A stretch of DNA of 63,326 nucleotides, filler included, from Catajapyx aquilonaris (Eukaryota): NCBI GenBank assembly GCA_000934665.2. It is 4 parts of 4 records of this genome, joined end to end, with 100 filler letters (N's around TTAATTAATTAA, not from the genome) between each part and the next. Parts side by side here need not be neighbours in the genome. Positions count along the whole stretch, not along the records: positions 47,574 to 63,326 come from JYFJ02007406.1; 3 more parts are not named here. The stretch is one strand, 5' to 3'. The notes below the pieces were generated by a model, which was not told the DNA's origin, searched no databases, and saw nothing but the letters and a program-made list of their open reading frames with translations. How positions within the stretch are numbered: position 1 is the stretch's first letter; each line of letters begins with the position of its first letter. A program made the position numbers and the translations under genes. Positions 62,011 through 63,326 of this stretch are shown here, one piece after another.

Positions 62011-62425
62011 AGGGACACTCCACTCAAAAAACAAGTTTGGTTCTAAAAATCGGGCAAAAAAATCCTGAATCCGAAGGTGCAATCCGTTTTTCGCTACGCG
62101 GAACGGTAATCCCGGGGCGAGGGGTCAAAGTGGGGAAATTCAAATAGTGCGGTAGAAGCTGGACGTCCGCCAGCGACGCCCTCGGGACCTTGGGAACTGG
62201 AGGGCTGCTCCCGCCTGCCCGCGCGCTTAGGCCCATCCCAGAGCGGTGCAGCCCCCCAGTTCCCCTGTTCCGCGCGTGGCGGCGCCGCTCATTACCAGAC
62301 GACACACTTTGACACCTCGCCCTGGGATTACCGTTCCGCGGAGCGCAAAATGAATTGCACCGTCGGATTCAGGAATTTTTGCCCGATATTTAGAGCCAAA
62401 CTTGTTTTTTGAGTGGAGTGTCCCA
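62011..62425. mobile_element. Kolobok-like MITE
   Basis: TTAA|AGGGACACTCCACTCAAAAAACAAGTTTGG ... CCAAACTTGTTTTTTGAGTGGAGTGTCCCA|TTAA; TIRs ~120 bp. Confidence 0.82.
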
Positions 62426-63232
62426 TTAACGTCCCACAGTGTAGTATTTGGCCTCAAAAGCTGGCCAAAATTTGATTTTTTTAATGTTACTGATTCCAAA
62501 AAAAATCGTTTCCTGGAACAGATGAATGACGAGGCTATTATGACATGCAGTTGTACTTCTCATAGGTGTAACCCTTCGTCCGTACCAGCAGTTGAAAGTT
62601 GATGACAGTTCGAGTCATATTTAGCTCATTTCAAGCGCAATTTACGGCCGCGACACATTCATTAGTGTTGTTTTCAGTTATACAAAATATTTGTGACCTG
62701 TTCCAATATGGAAGCTTCAGAAGAAGGTATGTACTTCATTTTAAAGTATTTCTTACAATAATATGACTAGTCTATAAAATTATTAGTCCTCGAAATTATG
62801 CAATAATTTGTCTACTTTTTTCGCCAAATGTGAAATATTCAAACATGATTAAGTTATACTTCCGAAGCCTTTCCAGCTGTTTTATTTATGACATTTTGAA
62901 GAGTCGGCCTTCTATTTCATAAATCATAACTACCATTATAAAAGAATCTGGCCCACCTTTTCCCGCCATTTCATTTCCCCCCCCCCTCCCCNCTCCTGTG
63001 CTGTAAACGTAAATTTTTGCACCTCTTTTTTCCGACTATTTTTCCCCCCTCTTTCAACTTGGGTCATCAGGAGTCAAAGTCATGGTATGCAGACAATTAT
63101 ATGACTTGATACAACAGTAACAAGGCCTATGTCAACAAAAAGCTTGAATATCTAGAAAACGTGTAGTTATATTATTTGAAGACCTCGGGAGAAAAACGAT
63201 GAAGGTCCTCTTTTTGTCAAAAATGAGTTACA

Positions 63233-63326
63233 TACGAGGGTCGTCCAATAAGTTCTGAGCCTAAGGTAGATGGCGCGGGCTGATAATGATGTCCTTCCAC
63301 CTGAAGGTAGTGACACTCATTAGAGC
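63233..63326 (+). mobile_element. mariner-like terminal inverted repeat start
   Basis: TACGAGGGTCGTCCAATAAGTTCTGAGCCT resembles a mariner TIR; the partner end is outside the window. Confidence 0.5.

Overview
Animal nuclear DNA (arthropod, possibly chelicerate by inference), not prokaryotic. The window is four independent ~15.7-kb pieces (1-15803, 15904-31644, 31745-47473, 47574-63326) joined by artificial N44-TTAATTAATTAA-N44 linkers, so adjacency across the linkers is meaningless. Piece 1 holds decayed DNA transposons (P/THAP9, Sola2-like, Kolobok/Mutator-like, Harbinger), a multi-exon Golgi alpha-mannosidase II gene, and a young LINE whose ORF1 and ORF2 are in frame and separated by a single TGA. 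Piece 2 is gene-dense: a variant U1 snRNA beside a head-to-head 5S gene/5S pseudogene pair, then mRpL28, phosphorylase kinase alpha, UQCRQ, POLR1D, a Polinton polymerase relic and a decaying C2H2 zinc-finger gene. Piece 3 is mostly nested MITEs and SINEs, with a Tc4/Tc5-like element and exon-like relics of an unrecognised gene. Piece 4 carries a somatomedin-B/Methuselah-like GPCR whose 6.2-kb intron is packed with foldback elements. The strongest leads are a tandemly duplicated, frame-incompatible (mutually exclusive) exon pair in PHKA, the U1-5S cluster, and the single-stop LINE junction. All assignments come from motif recognition by eye; no database searches were run.
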